Shown: in pieces, positions 47,294-56,163 of the stretch
Position numbering within the stretch: position 1 is the first letter of the stretch
Layout of the letters: every line of letters starts with the position of its first letter
Source: an uncultured Verrucomicrobiota bacterium
GTDB lineage: Bacteria > Verrucomicrobiota > Verrucomicrobiia > Limisphaerales > UBA1096
Length of the DNA: 57,287 nt
Assembly: GCA_913030945.1 (NCBI GenBank)
Contig: CAJWEP010000002.1
Coordinates: 1-57,287, forward strand
Direction: 5' to 3'
Translations under genes and position numbers: made by a program
The notes under the pieces: model-generated
Database searches by the model: none
Told to the model about the DNA's origin: nothing
What the model saw: only the letters and a program-made list of their open reading frames with translations

Positions 47294-48063
47294 CGCTTGG
47301 CCTTCCCCTTGCGATAATGGACCTTCCACAAAACCAGCCCGTGCGGAGGGGCGGTCACTCCCGCCCGGGCGCGGTCGCACGATTTCAGGATGTCACAAAC
47401 ATCGCCTGGCTTGAGTTTGCCGGCTCCGACCTCGACCAGCGTCCCGACAATGCCACGGCACATCTTGTACAGGAAACCGTCGCCCTCGATGACCCAGGTC
47501 AGCAGCGACTCTTTTTTGTACACCTTGCAGCCGGTCACCGTGCGAACCGTCGAGCGCATCTCGTACTCGCGCTTCACGGCGAAGGCCCGGAAATCGTGCC
47601 TGCCTACAAAATGCCTCGCACCTCGCTGCATGCGCTCGAAGTCCAGTTCGCGGGGCACGTGCCAGGCGGTGTTGTTTTGAAGCGGATCCATCACGGGATG
47701 ATTCCACACGCTGTAACGGTACTGCTTGCCGCTGGCATCGAACCGCGCATGGAAGGTCATCGGCACGCGCCTGGCCTCCATCACCCGCACGTCGTCCGGC
47801 AAAAACGCATTCAACGCGAGGCGCAATTTTTGATCCTCGATACGATACTCTGCCTTCGACACCTCCACATGGGCCACCATCCCGCGCGCGTGCACCCCGG
47901 TGTCCGTTCGGCTTGAGCTGTGAACGCGGTCCACTCCCGGAAACAACTGCCGCAGCGCCTCCTCGATCCGCTGCTGGACTGTCACGTCGTTTTTCTGCAA
48001 CTGCCAACCCTTGTAGTGGGTGCCGTCATACGCAACGGTCAGCTTAAATTTCAGGTGATCCAT
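47290..48063 (-). CDS. truA: tRNA pseudouridine(38-40) synthase
   Basis: Contains LTVAYDGTHYKGWQ and SSRTDTGVHA (catalytic Asp). Confidence 0.9.
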   Translation of the reverse strand: MDHLKFKLTVAYDGTHYKGWQLQKNDVTVQQRIEEALRQLFPGVDRVHSSSRTDTGVHARGMVAHVEVSKAEYRIEDQKLRLALNAFLPDDVRVMEARRVPMTFHARFDASGKQYRYSVWNHPVMDPLQNNTAWHVPRELDFERMQRGARHFVGRHDFRAFAVKREYEMRSTVRTVTGCKVYKKESLLTWVIEGDGFLYKMCRGIVGTLVEVGAGKLKPGDVCDILKSCDRARAGVTAPPHGLVLWKVHYRKGKAKR

Positions 48064-48068
48064 GGCGT

Positions 48069-48479
48069 TCAGGCCAGGCTGTCGAGGTACGATTGCAGCA
48101 GGATCGCCGCCGCCATCGCGTCGATGTTCTTCCGCTTTTTCTTTTTCTTCACCCCGCCCTGGGAGAGCACGCGGTTGGCCTGGACGGAGGTCAGCCTCTC
48201 ATCCCAGGTTTTCATCGGCACAGTGATGCTGTTTTTCAACACCGCTGCAAACTCACGCACTTTTAGAGACGCCTCGCCGAAGCTGCCGTCCATGTTGCGA
48301 GGCATGCCAATCAGGATCAACTCCACCTCGTACTCGTGCAGTAGTTCCTTCAACCGATCAAGGAATCCGGAGAAGGGCTCGGCCGGGATGAACTCGAGCG
48401 GCTGCGCGATCATTTTCAACTCGTCGCTCATCGCGATGCCCATCCGGACAGTTCCGTGGTCTATGGCGAGGACTCGCAT
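48069..48479 (-). CDS. ruvX: Holliday junction resolvase-like protein RuvX (YqgF)
   Basis: 136-aa ORF with the MRVLAIDHGTVRMGIA N-terminus. Confidence 0.85.
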   Translation of the reverse strand: MRVLAIDHGTVRMGIAMSDELKMIAQPLEFIPAEPFSGFLDRLKELLHEYEVELILIGMPRNMDGSFGEASLKVREFAAVLKNSITVPMKTWDERLTSVQANRVLSQGGVKKKKKRKNIDAMAAAILLQSYLDSLA

Positions 48480-48482
48480 GAG

Positions 48483-49769
48483 CTAAAGCGCCTTCATCAC
48501 CTCAACCGCGGCCTCGATCGTCCTCCCGATTGTCGCCTCATCGTGCGCCGCCGAGATGAACCCGGCCTCGAACTGCGACGGCGCCACGTAAATCCCCGCC
48601 TCCAGCATCCCGTGGAAATAGTTGCCGAATCGGTCACGGTCGCTCTTCATCGCATCGGCCATGTTGTGAACCGGCGCGTCGTTGAAGTAGCAGCAGGACA
48701 TCGAGCCGATACGCTGCAACTGAACCGCAACCCCCGCCGACTCCGCCGCCCTGGCCAGGCCATCCGACAGCGCTTGGCCAAGCGCCTCGATTTTTTTGTA
48801 AACGGAACCGTCCGCCAGCGCCTCCAGCACAGCGACACCGGCGGCCATGGCCAGGGGATTGCCGCTCAGCGTGCCCGCCTGGTACACCGGCCCGTCCGGC
48901 GCGAGGCAGTCCATGATTTCCCCGCGCCCGCCAAACGCCCCAACCGGCAACCCGCCGCCGATGACCTTACCGAAACAGCTCAAGTCCGGCGTGATGCCAA
49001 AGCGCCCCTGGGCCCCGGCCAAGCCGAGGCGAAAGCCAGTCATCACTTCGTCAAAAATCAACAACGACTCATGCCCGGCGGTGATTTCACGCAGAAACTC
49101 CAAGTAGCCGTCGCGCGGCAAATAAAGTCCCGCGTTGGCCGGCACCGGTTCCAAAATGATCCCGGCAATATCCGGACCATGCGCGGCAAACGCTTCCCGC
49201 ACCGCCTGAACATCATTGAACGGCAGCACGATTGTTTGGCTGGTAAACTCCAGCGGCACACCGGCGCTGTCCGGTTGGCCAAGCGTCAACGCGCCCGAGC
49301 CGGCCTTGACCAGCAGCGAGTCGACGTGGCCGTGGTAGCAGCCCTCAAACTTGATGATTTTGCCGCGCTTGGTGAAGCCCCGCGCCAGGCGGATCGCCGA
49401 CATCGTTGCCTCGGTGCCGGAATTGCACATCCGCACCTTCTCGACCGACGGCACGGCATTGACCACCAACTCGGCCATCCGCACCTCGAGTGGATTGGGA
49501 ATCCCGAAGCTGGTTCCATGTTCCGCCGCGCTTTTGACAGCATCCACAACGACCCGCGGGGCGTGCCCCAGAATCGCCGGTCCCCACGTGCCCACATAGT
49601 CGACGTACTCGTTGCCGTCGGCGTCCCGAACCGTGGCGCCGTTGGCCCGCACCGCGAAAAACGGATTGCCACCAACGGCGCGAAAAGCCCGCACCGGCGA
49701 GTTCACCCCGCCGGGGATCCATTGCAACGCCTTGTCAAATAATGCCTGTGATTCTGCGCTCAAACGCAT
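48483..49769 (-). CDS. hemL: glutamate-1-semialdehyde 2,1-aminomutase
   Basis: Contains [12 protein letters not shown] and class-III aminotransferase blocks. The start was trimmed to MRLSAESQ at 49769. Confidence 0.9.
   Translation of the reverse strand: MRLSAESQALFDKALQWIPGGVNSPVRAFRAVGGNPFFAVRANGATVRDADGNEYVDYVGTWGPAILGHAPRVVVDAVKSAAEHGTSFGIPNPLEVRMAELVVNAVPSVEKVRMCNSGTEATMSAIRLARGFTKRGKIIKFEGCYHGHVDSLLVKAGSGALTLGQPDSAGVPLEFTSQTIVLPFNDVQAVREAFAAHGPDIAGIILEPVPANAGLYLPRDGYLEFLREITAGHESLLIFDEVMTGFRLGLAGAQGRFGITPDLSCFGKVIGGGLPVGAFGGRGEIMDCLAPDGPVYQAGTLSGNPLAMAAGVAVLEALADGSVYKKIEALGQALSDGLARAAESAGVAVQLQRIGSMSCCYFNDAPVHNMADAMKSDRDRFGNYFHGMLEAGIYVAPSQFEAGFISAAHDEATIGRTIEAAVEVMKAL
48771..48784. 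repeat. perfect 14-bp palindrome CGCTTGGCCAAGCG (16-bp palindrome 48770-48785)
   Basis: Exact match inside hemL, encoding ALGQA. Confidence 0.95.
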
Positions 49770-49821
49770 GCCGCGACAAAATACCGACTCCCCACTCAAA
49801 CGCACGCGGAAAGTGCGGTAC

Positions 49822-51171
49822 CTACTCCGAACCGCGCAGGTCGGCGACCCAGCGTTCGTGAATCGCCTTGAGACGTTTCAACTGATCCGGGTGCGTGTAG
49901 CGAAGATTTTTTTGCTCCTCGACATCAATCGAAATATTCACAAGAAAGAGCTTATCGTCCTTGGACAGTGGAGTTTTCCGGGTCGGATCTCTCGGGTTAC
50001 CAATCAACTTCCAATCCCCCTCCCGTACTGCCCACTGTGAGTTCGAACCGCCCCCCATCCAGTGGAATTCCGAATGGGGCGATTTTGCATCGTCCGACTC
50101 AATAACCTTGGCCAGGTTCTTGCCGTCGAGTTTGCGCTTGGGCAACGGCACACCCGCATAATCCGCCAACGTCGGCAACCAATCGACCGACACGCCAAAC
50201 TGCCCGCGCACTTGGCCAGCCGGAATTTTACCCGGCCAACGAATCATCGCCGGCACACGTATCCCTCCCTCGAAATAACTGAACTTCGCCCCGCGATACG
50301 GCCCGGGATTACCGCCACCACCAAACGTGCGCTCTTCCACCGAGTGGCCGTGGTCACTTTGAAACACAACAATCGTGTCCTCCCGCAAACCGAGACTGTC
50401 GATCTCCTCCAGCAAACCGCCAATCGCCTCATCCATCGAGGACATAAACGCAGCGTAGCGGCGGCGTTTTTCGTCTTTGATGTGAGCGTAACGGCGACGC
50501 CACTTTTCCGTACCTTGCAACGGGTAGTGAGGCAGGTTGATCGCCCAATACATGAAAAACGGTTTCTCGCGATTTGCCTCCATGAACTTTGCTGCTTCGT
50601 CCACCATCAACGTCGGGAAGTATTCTCCCGTTCGCCAGATCTCCTTGCCGTTCTCGTAAAGGTCGTGGCGGTTCGGAGGCACCCAGTAAAAAAAGTGCGA
50701 GTAGTTGTCGATGCACCCGCCCATGTGCCCGAACGAATAATCGAAGCCCTGCCCGTTCGGCATGGTCGGCGGCGTAAAGCCGAGATGCCACTTGCCGATG
50801 TGCGCCGTGGCATATCCCGCAGTCTTGAACATTTCCGCCATGGTCACCTGCTCGGCCGGCATCGCGCCACGGCCACCGGGGTGGGACGACACATTCCCCG
50901 GCACACCCGCGCGAACCGGCACCCGCCCCGTCAACAACGCCGCTCGCGAAGGCGAACAGACGGCTGACGCTGAATAAAACTGGGTAAACCGCAGGCCGTC
51001 CCGGCAAAGCGAATCCATCGCAGGCGTGACCAAATCCTTCGCCCCGTAGGCGTTGACATCGATCGAACCCTGATCGTCGGTGTAGATGACCACCACGTTG
51101 GGCTTGCGAGCTTCCGCGCTGGCCACAATCGCCAACACACACAACATCGTTAAAAAGTGTTTCGGTTTCAT
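49822..51171 (-). CDS. sulfatase (formylglycine-dependent), secreted
   Basis: Signal peptide, [12 protein letters not shown] and the [12 protein letters not shown] signature. It overlaps the glcF-like stop by 4 nt. Confidence 0.85.
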   Translation of the reverse strand: MKPKHFLTMLCVLAIVASAEARKPNVVVIYTDDQGSIDVNAYGAKDLVTPAMDSLCRDGLRFTQFYSASAVCSPSRAALLTGRVPVRAGVPGNVSSHPGGRGAMPAEQVTMAEMFKTAGYATAHIGKWHLGFTPPTMPNGQGFDYSFGHMGGCIDNYSHFFYWVPPNRHDLYENGKEIWRTGEYFPTLMVDEAAKFMEANREKPFFMYWAINLPHYPLQGTEKWRRRYAHIKDEKRRRYAAFMSSMDEAIGGLLEEIDSLGLREDTIVVFQSDHGHSVEERTFGGGGNPGPYRGAKFSYFEGGIRVPAMIRWPGKIPAGQVRGQFGVSVDWLPTLADYAGVPLPKRKLDGKNLAKVIESDDAKSPHSEFHWMGGGSNSQWAVREGDWKLIGNPRDPTRKTPLSKDDKLFLVNISIDVEEQKNLRYTHPDQLKRLKAIHERWVADLRGSE

Positions 51172-52394
51172 TTCAAATAATCAGCAATGTGCACGGCCCG
51201 AACATGATTCGCCCCGGCCTTTTTCAACCCCGATTGAATTTGCAACAAACATCCCGGGTTGGTCGTCACAACCACATCCGCGCCCGATTCGAGGATGTTT
51301 TGCACCTTCCGGGATTTTAGTTTTTTGGCCATCTCCGGTTCGGTCAGGTTATAGCTCCCGGCGCTGCCACAGCAAAGATCCGATTCGACCAACTCAACAA
51401 ACTCGCCTCCCGCCCGGGCGCGCACCAATTGCCTCGGCTCATCTTTTATCCCCTGAGCATGGCACAAGTGACACGCGTCATGATACGTCACTTTCTTTCT
51501 ACTCTTCACCGGGGTCACCTGCGAATTATCCAACCATGCCACCAAGTCCCGCACCTTAGCACTGAATGCTTCCGCGCGTTCCGCCCATTCCGGATCGCCC
51601 TTCAGCAACTCCCCGTACTCGACCAACGTGGAACCGCAACCGGCAGCGTTGATGATAATGGCTTCCAATGACTGACCTTCGAACGCGGCGATGTTTCGGC
51701 GGGCACACTCGCGGGCTTTTTCCAGTTGACCGCTGTGCGCGTACAACGCACCGCAGCAACCTTGACTGGCGGGCGTAACAACATTCCATCCGTCGCGCTG
51801 CAGCAGTTCGGCGCTCGAGTCATTCGTGTCGCCGAACATGACCTGCATCACGCAGCCTTCGATGAAGCCGACTTTTCCCCTTCCCTCCCCCTTGGCCAAG
51901 CGCTCGGCTGGCAATTTGCCCCTGGCCAGGCGCTGCGGCAGCAGTTCCATCATTTCCCGGGCAAACTTCGGCAGTATAAAGGTAAGCCGCAAAAAACGAA
52001 TCATGCGCATCGGCAACAGGGCCAGGCGCAGTCGCCACGGCAATGGGAAAATCTGCTCGATGACGAATCTCCGCAAAAGCCATTGGAACAGGCCGCGCCC
52101 ATGATGTTTCTCGATATGATCGCGCGTCTCCTCCAGCAGCGTCCCGTACTGCACCCCGCTTGGGCAGGCTGTCTCGCAGGCACGACAGCCCAGGCATAAA
52201 TCGATATGGCGAACCGCTGCGGCCTCCACGCCCAACTGCCCCGACTGCATGGCACGCATGATGTAAATACGGCCGCGCGGCGAGTCGTTCTCGTTCCCCG
52301 TTTCGAGGTAAGTCGGACAGGACGAGAGGCACAGCCCGCAGTGCACACAGGACAGCGCCTTAGTTTCATCGAGAAATTGGCCAAGCGCGCTCAT
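51168..52394 (-). CDS. glcF: glycolate oxidase iron-sulfur subunit (GlcF-like, CCG-domain Fe-S protein)
   Basis: Two ferredoxin-type clusters (CVHCGLCLSSCP and CLGCRACETACP), followed by Cys-rich CCG repeats. Confidence 0.8.
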   Translation of the reverse strand: MSALGQFLDETKALSCVHCGLCLSSCPTYLETGNENDSPRGRIYIMRAMQSGQLGVEAAAVRHIDLCLGCRACETACPSGVQYGTLLEETRDHIEKHHGRGLFQWLLRRFVIEQIFPLPWRLRLALLPMRMIRFLRLTFILPKFAREMMELLPQRLARGKLPAERLAKGEGRGKVGFIEGCVMQVMFGDTNDSSAELLQRDGWNVVTPASQGCCGALYAHSGQLEKARECARRNIAAFEGQSLEAIIINAAGCGSTLVEYGELLKGDPEWAERAEAFSAKVRDLVAWLDNSQVTPVKSRKKVTYHDACHLCHAQGIKDEPRQLVRARAGGEFVELVESDLCCGSAGSYNLTEPEMAKKLKSRKVQNILESGADVVVTTNPGCLLQIQSGLKKAGANHVRAVHIADYLK

Positions 52395-53290
52395 CCGGCC
52401 AGGACTCCTTTCGGGTCAAAAATCTCCTTCACCCGCTGCTGCAACTCTAGCGACGGTGCCTCAGTCGGCTTGGCGCTGGTATGATAAATCACACCATTGC
52501 CCGCGCGGGCCACAAACGACTCATCGCCCAAGTCCTGCAATGTCGAAATCAATTTTCCGGGGGCGACCGATATGAAACTGGAAGCCGTTCGGCGAAATCG
52601 GGCATCGTAATCAAGCGACACCTCATCAGCGAAGCCAAGTGCGCTCGCCGCACCCGACTGGGCCTCCACATCGGCGCTTGGTCCGGCGAAGCCGGCAACC
52701 AGCGTGAGTTGTTCGCCGTCAATGCGATGCAGATCAAGTACGGTCGGTTGCAGGTCCGAGTCCCAGATTTTGTCGAGCAGGGCCTCCGCCTGGCCAAGCG
52801 ACTCGCAAGGCTTGGCCAAGTGCGCCTCCGCCTCCAGCAGAGGCGACAGCTTGAACGTCGCCTCGACGATGATGCCCAACGTGTCACGTGCGCCGACGAA
52901 CAACCGGCAGAGATCAAATCCGGCGACGTTTTTCACCACCTTGCCTCCGTTGCGAATCACCCGACCGTCCGGCAGCACCACGGCCATGCCAATGACCCAG
53001 TCGCGAATCGTCCCGCAACCGAAACGCCTTGGCCCGTTGAGGTTGTTGGCCAGCAATTTGCCGATTGTGAGGGCCTCCGGATTCGGCGGATCGATCGGGA
53101 GCCATTGGCCCGCCTTGGCCAAGTGCGCTTGAAAATCCGCCAGGCTCATCCCGGCCTGCACTGTCGCCGTCATGTCCTCCGGCACATGCTCGATGAGTTG
53201 AGCGACAGCTTCCAGCGACACCCCGGCCACTCGCCGCGATTGAGACAGCGACTCCTGCAACTCAGAAATGGAACCCGGCTTGAGCGTCAT
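52391..53290 (-). CDS. glcE: glycolate oxidase FAD-binding subunit (GlcE-like)
   Basis: 299-aa FAD-binding PCMH-type ORF (GGKVVKNVAGFDL), positioned between GlcD-like and GlcF-like genes with 4-nt overlaps. Confidence 0.7.
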   Translation of the reverse strand: MTLKPGSISELQESLSQSRRVAGVSLEAVAQLIEHVPEDMTATVQAGMSLADFQAHLAKAGQWLPIDPPNPEALTIGKLLANNLNGPRRFGCGTIRDWVIGMAVVLPDGRVIRNGGKVVKNVAGFDLCRLFVGARDTLGIIVEATFKLSPLLEAEAHLAKPCESLGQAEALLDKIWDSDLQPTVLDLHRIDGEQLTLVAGFAGPSADVEAQSGAASALGFADEVSLDYDARFRRTASSFISVAPGKLISTLQDLGDESFVARAGNGVIYHTSAKPTEAPSLELQQRVKEIFDPKGVLAG

Positions 53291-54732
53291 GCAACAACCT
53301 GTTTTTTGGGGGCGAACTCGGCGCAGCGCTTGGCACCGGGGAACATTTTGTGCGGGTTGCAGCGCTTATCCGGGTCAAACACGCGGCGCAACTGCTGCAT
53401 GGCCTCGAGGTCGTCCTCGGCAAACTGCCTGGACATAAAGTCGATTTTCTCCGCGCCAATGCCGTGCTCGCCGGTGACGCTGCCGCCCAACTCGATGCAT
53501 TTGCTGAGAATGTCATCGCCGGCCTGCAGGGCCCGCTTCACCTGATCCGGATCGCGTTCATCGTAAAGGATCAGCGGATGAATGTTGCCGTCGCCGGCGT
53601 GGAAGACGTTGGGAATCCGCAGCCGATGTTTGTCGCTGACGGAGCGAATGAAGCGCATGATCTCCGGCAATCTGCTGCGCGGCACGACACCGTCCTGCGT
53701 GACGTAATTCGGGCTCAGGCGGCCAATCGCCCCGAAGGCGCGCTTGCGGCACTTCCACAGGGCGGCGCGCTCGGCATCGTCCTTGGCCAGGCGCACTTCG
53801 CTGGCGTTGTTTCGGCGGCAAATCTCATCGACTAGCCTGGCCTGCTGCTCGACGCCCTTGGCCAGGCCGTCCAACTCGACGATCAGCACCGCGCCGGCAT
53901 CGAGCGGGAAGCCGAAGTGATACGCCTCCTCAAGCGCCTGCGTGATCAGTTGATCCATCATCTCGAGCGCAGCCGGCACGATGCCGGCGGCGATGATGTC
54001 ACTTACCGTCTGGCTGGCCTGATCCACACTGTCAAACACGCCCAGGAAGGTCTTGAATGCCGAGGGTGCCTTGGTGAGTCGCACCAGCGCCCGCGTGATC
54101 ACGCCGAACATGCCCTCCGAGCCGATGCCCGCGCCACGCAGATCGTAGCCGCCGACCTCCTCACCACCGTCCGGCTCGACACCCAGCCACTCGATGCTGC
54201 CGTCCGGCAACACCATCTCGTAGCCAAGCACATGGTTGGTGGTAACGCCGTTTTTCAGTGTGTGCGGTCCGCCGGAGTTGGTCGCAATATTGCCGCCAAT
54301 CGTGCAAGCCGGCTGGCTCGACGGATCGGGGGCATAAAACAGACCGTGTTCTTCCGCATCACGAGTGATCCATGCGTTCACGCAACCAGCCTCAACCAGT
54401 GCTCGGCGGTTTCGTGGATCAATACCCAGCACGCGATTCATTCGCGTCAGGGCAATGATGACGCCGCCGTCAACCGCCAATACTCCGCCACTCAGGCTCG
54501 TGCCCGCGCCACGGGGAATGATGGGCAAATCCAGACCGGCACACAGGCGGACGACCGCCGCCACTTCCTGAGTGGACCGGGGAAGAACCACCGCGGTGGG
54601 AAGGTTTTTTTGGAGGGTGTAGGCGTCGCATTCGTAAACGACAAGCTCACGTTCGTCGGTGAGCACGGCATCCTCGCCGACAATTTCAGCTAAGCGGCGG
54701 GTGAGGTTCTTTTTGTCAGCCTTGCTGTTCAT
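53287..54732 (-). CDS. glcD: FAD-linked oxidase, glycolate oxidase subunit GlcD-like
   Basis: Contains PRGAGTSLSGG and GEHGIG blocks. The start was trimmed to MNSKADKK at 54732 (track ORF extends to 54810). Confidence 0.85.
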   Translation of the reverse strand: MNSKADKKNLTRRLAEIVGEDAVLTDERELVVYECDAYTLQKNLPTAVVLPRSTQEVAAVVRLCAGLDLPIIPRGAGTSLSGGVLAVDGGVIIALTRMNRVLGIDPRNRRALVEAGCVNAWITRDAEEHGLFYAPDPSSQPACTIGGNIATNSGGPHTLKNGVTTNHVLGYEMVLPDGSIEWLGVEPDGGEEVGGYDLRGAGIGSEGMFGVITRALVRLTKAPSAFKTFLGVFDSVDQASQTVSDIIAAGIVPAALEMMDQLITQALEEAYHFGFPLDAGAVLIVELDGLAKGVEQQARLVDEICRRNNASEVRLAKDDAERAALWKCRKRAFGAIGRLSPNYVTQDGVVPRSRLPEIMRFIRSVSDKHRLRIPNVFHAGDGNIHPLILYDERDPDQVKRALQAGDDILSKCIELGGSVTGEHGIGAEKIDFMSRQFAEDDLEAMQQLRRVFDPDKRCNPHKMFPGAKRCAEFAPKKQVVA

Positions 54733-54784
54733 GCACAACAGATCCAACCCAGCCTGATCGGATGCAAAAGAACGGAGCCTCATC

Positions 54785-54798
54785 CGCTTGGCCAAGCG
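54785..54798. repeat. perfect 14-bp palindrome CGCTTGGCCAAGCG (16-bp palindrome 54784-54799)
   Basis: Exact match between the platform-protein gene end (54857) and the probable glcD start (54732). Confidence 0.95.
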
Positions 54799-54856
54799 GG
54801 GAAGCAGCACTCCCGGCCGAATGTCTACAGGATCAAGTGCGTCGCCCTTGGCTTGG

Positions 54857-56143
54857 TTACTCTATGCCCTCGATCATCTTGATCAGCGGCAGGAACATGG
54901 CGATCACGATGCTGCCCACGATGACGGCCAGAAAGACGATCATGATCGGCTCGATCAACGAGGTGAGTGACTCGACGGCACGATCCACTTCCTCATCGTA
55001 CGTGTCGGCAATCTTCTCGAGCATCTGGGGCATGTCACCGGTTTTTTCACCGACATCCACCATGCTGATGACCATCGGGGGAAACACGCGAGAAGCCTCC
55101 AGCGGCGCGACGATGGTCTCACCCTCCTTGACACTGTCGTGGACGTCCTGAACGGCTCGCGACACCACGACATTGCCGGAAGTGTCCTTGACAATGTTGA
55201 GAGCCTGAAGGATCGGCACACCGGAATTGATGAGCGTGCCGAGGGTGCGTGCGAATCTGGCAATGGCCACCTTTTCCACCACAGGACCTATGATTGGGAA
55301 CAACAGACTCATCTTGTCCAAAATGTAACGGCCGAAGTGGGTTCGACCGACCATGGCGAAGGTGAACATACAGGCAAACATGCCAGACAAGGTTCCCATG
55401 GCGTTCAAGCGCACCACGTCACTGATGTTCAGGACAATTGTTGTGAATTCTGGGAGCCCCGTCCCCATCATTTCAGCAAACACATCCTTAAACTTGGGGA
55501 TAACGAACACCAGCAGAACGCCCATGATGACTATCGCAACCACAAGCACTGCGATGGGGTAAAACATGGCGGCCTTTACCTTCCCCTTGATTCTCATGGC
55601 CTTCTCCATGAACTGGGCTAGGCGGTCCAGCACCACTTCCAGCACACCGCCGAGTTCGCCTGCCTTGACCATGCTGACGAACAGCTTGTTGAACACCTTG
55701 GGGTTCTGGGCCAAGCCCTCGGAGAAGGTGCCACCTCCCTCGATCACCTCGGCCAAGTCGCCCACTACACGTCGCAGCGTGGGGGTTTTCTCCTGCCTCT
55801 CGAGCACCCTGAGGCCACTAAGCAGGGGCAATCCCGCGGAGGTCAACTGGGCCAACTGGCGGGTGAAGATTGTGAGGTTTTTTTCCTTAACCCTGCCGCC
55901 CAACCCGGGGATGTTGATCTCCATATCCCCGAGACCCTTCTTGGCCCCTTTTTTGCCCTTGGCCGCGCCTCGCTTGGCTTTGGCCTTTTTGGGACCCTCC
56001 TTCTTGACAGGGTCCACCTTTATGGGGGCCAGTCCCATCTCCTGCAGGCGAGCCAATGCCTCGGCCTGACTGCCGACGTTCAACTCGCCCTTTTCAGTTT
56101 TCCCGCTCTGAGCGTTTAACGCCTCGTATTGAAAGGTGGCCAT
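54857..56143 (-). CDS. type II secretion / type IV pilus platform protein (GspF/PilC family)
   Basis: 428-aa ORF with two GspF-type repeats and 3 TM segments. It lies immediately downstream of the secretion ATPase. Confidence 0.85.
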   Translation of the reverse strand: MATFQYEALNAQSGKTEKGELNVGSQAEALARLQEMGLAPIKVDPVKKEGPKKAKAKRGAAKGKKGAKKGLGDMEINIPGLGGRVKEKNLTIFTRQLAQLTSAGLPLLSGLRVLERQEKTPTLRRVVGDLAEVIEGGGTFSEGLAQNPKVFNKLFVSMVKAGELGGVLEVVLDRLAQFMEKAMRIKGKVKAAMFYPIAVLVVAIVIMGVLLVFVIPKFKDVFAEMMGTGLPEFTTIVLNISDVVRLNAMGTLSGMFACMFTFAMVGRTHFGRYILDKMSLLFPIIGPVVEKVAIARFARTLGTLINSGVPILQALNIVKDTSGNVVVSRAVQDVHDSVKEGETIVAPLEASRVFPPMVISMVDVGEKTGDMPQMLEKIADTYDEEVDRAVESLTSLIEPIMIVFLAVIVGSIVIAMFLPLIKMIEGIE

Positions 56144-56163
56144 TATTATGCGTCCCGCTTGTT

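Noticed and set aside
48456-49742. 428-aa ORF on the plus strand
   Set aside because: It is antisense to hemL, which is strongly conserved. The composition is Arg/Pro/His/Gly-rich and no motif is present. It is a shadow ORF.
8054-54799. The iterated palindromes as a CRISPR array, REP/BIME element or MITE
   Set aside because: Spacing is irregular (0.1 to 3.5 kb), there is no conserved sequence beyond about 16 bp, and no terminal repeats or target duplications are present. Most copies are in frame inside conserved housekeeping genes. They are therefore reported as a genomic word rather than a mobile or CRISPR element.
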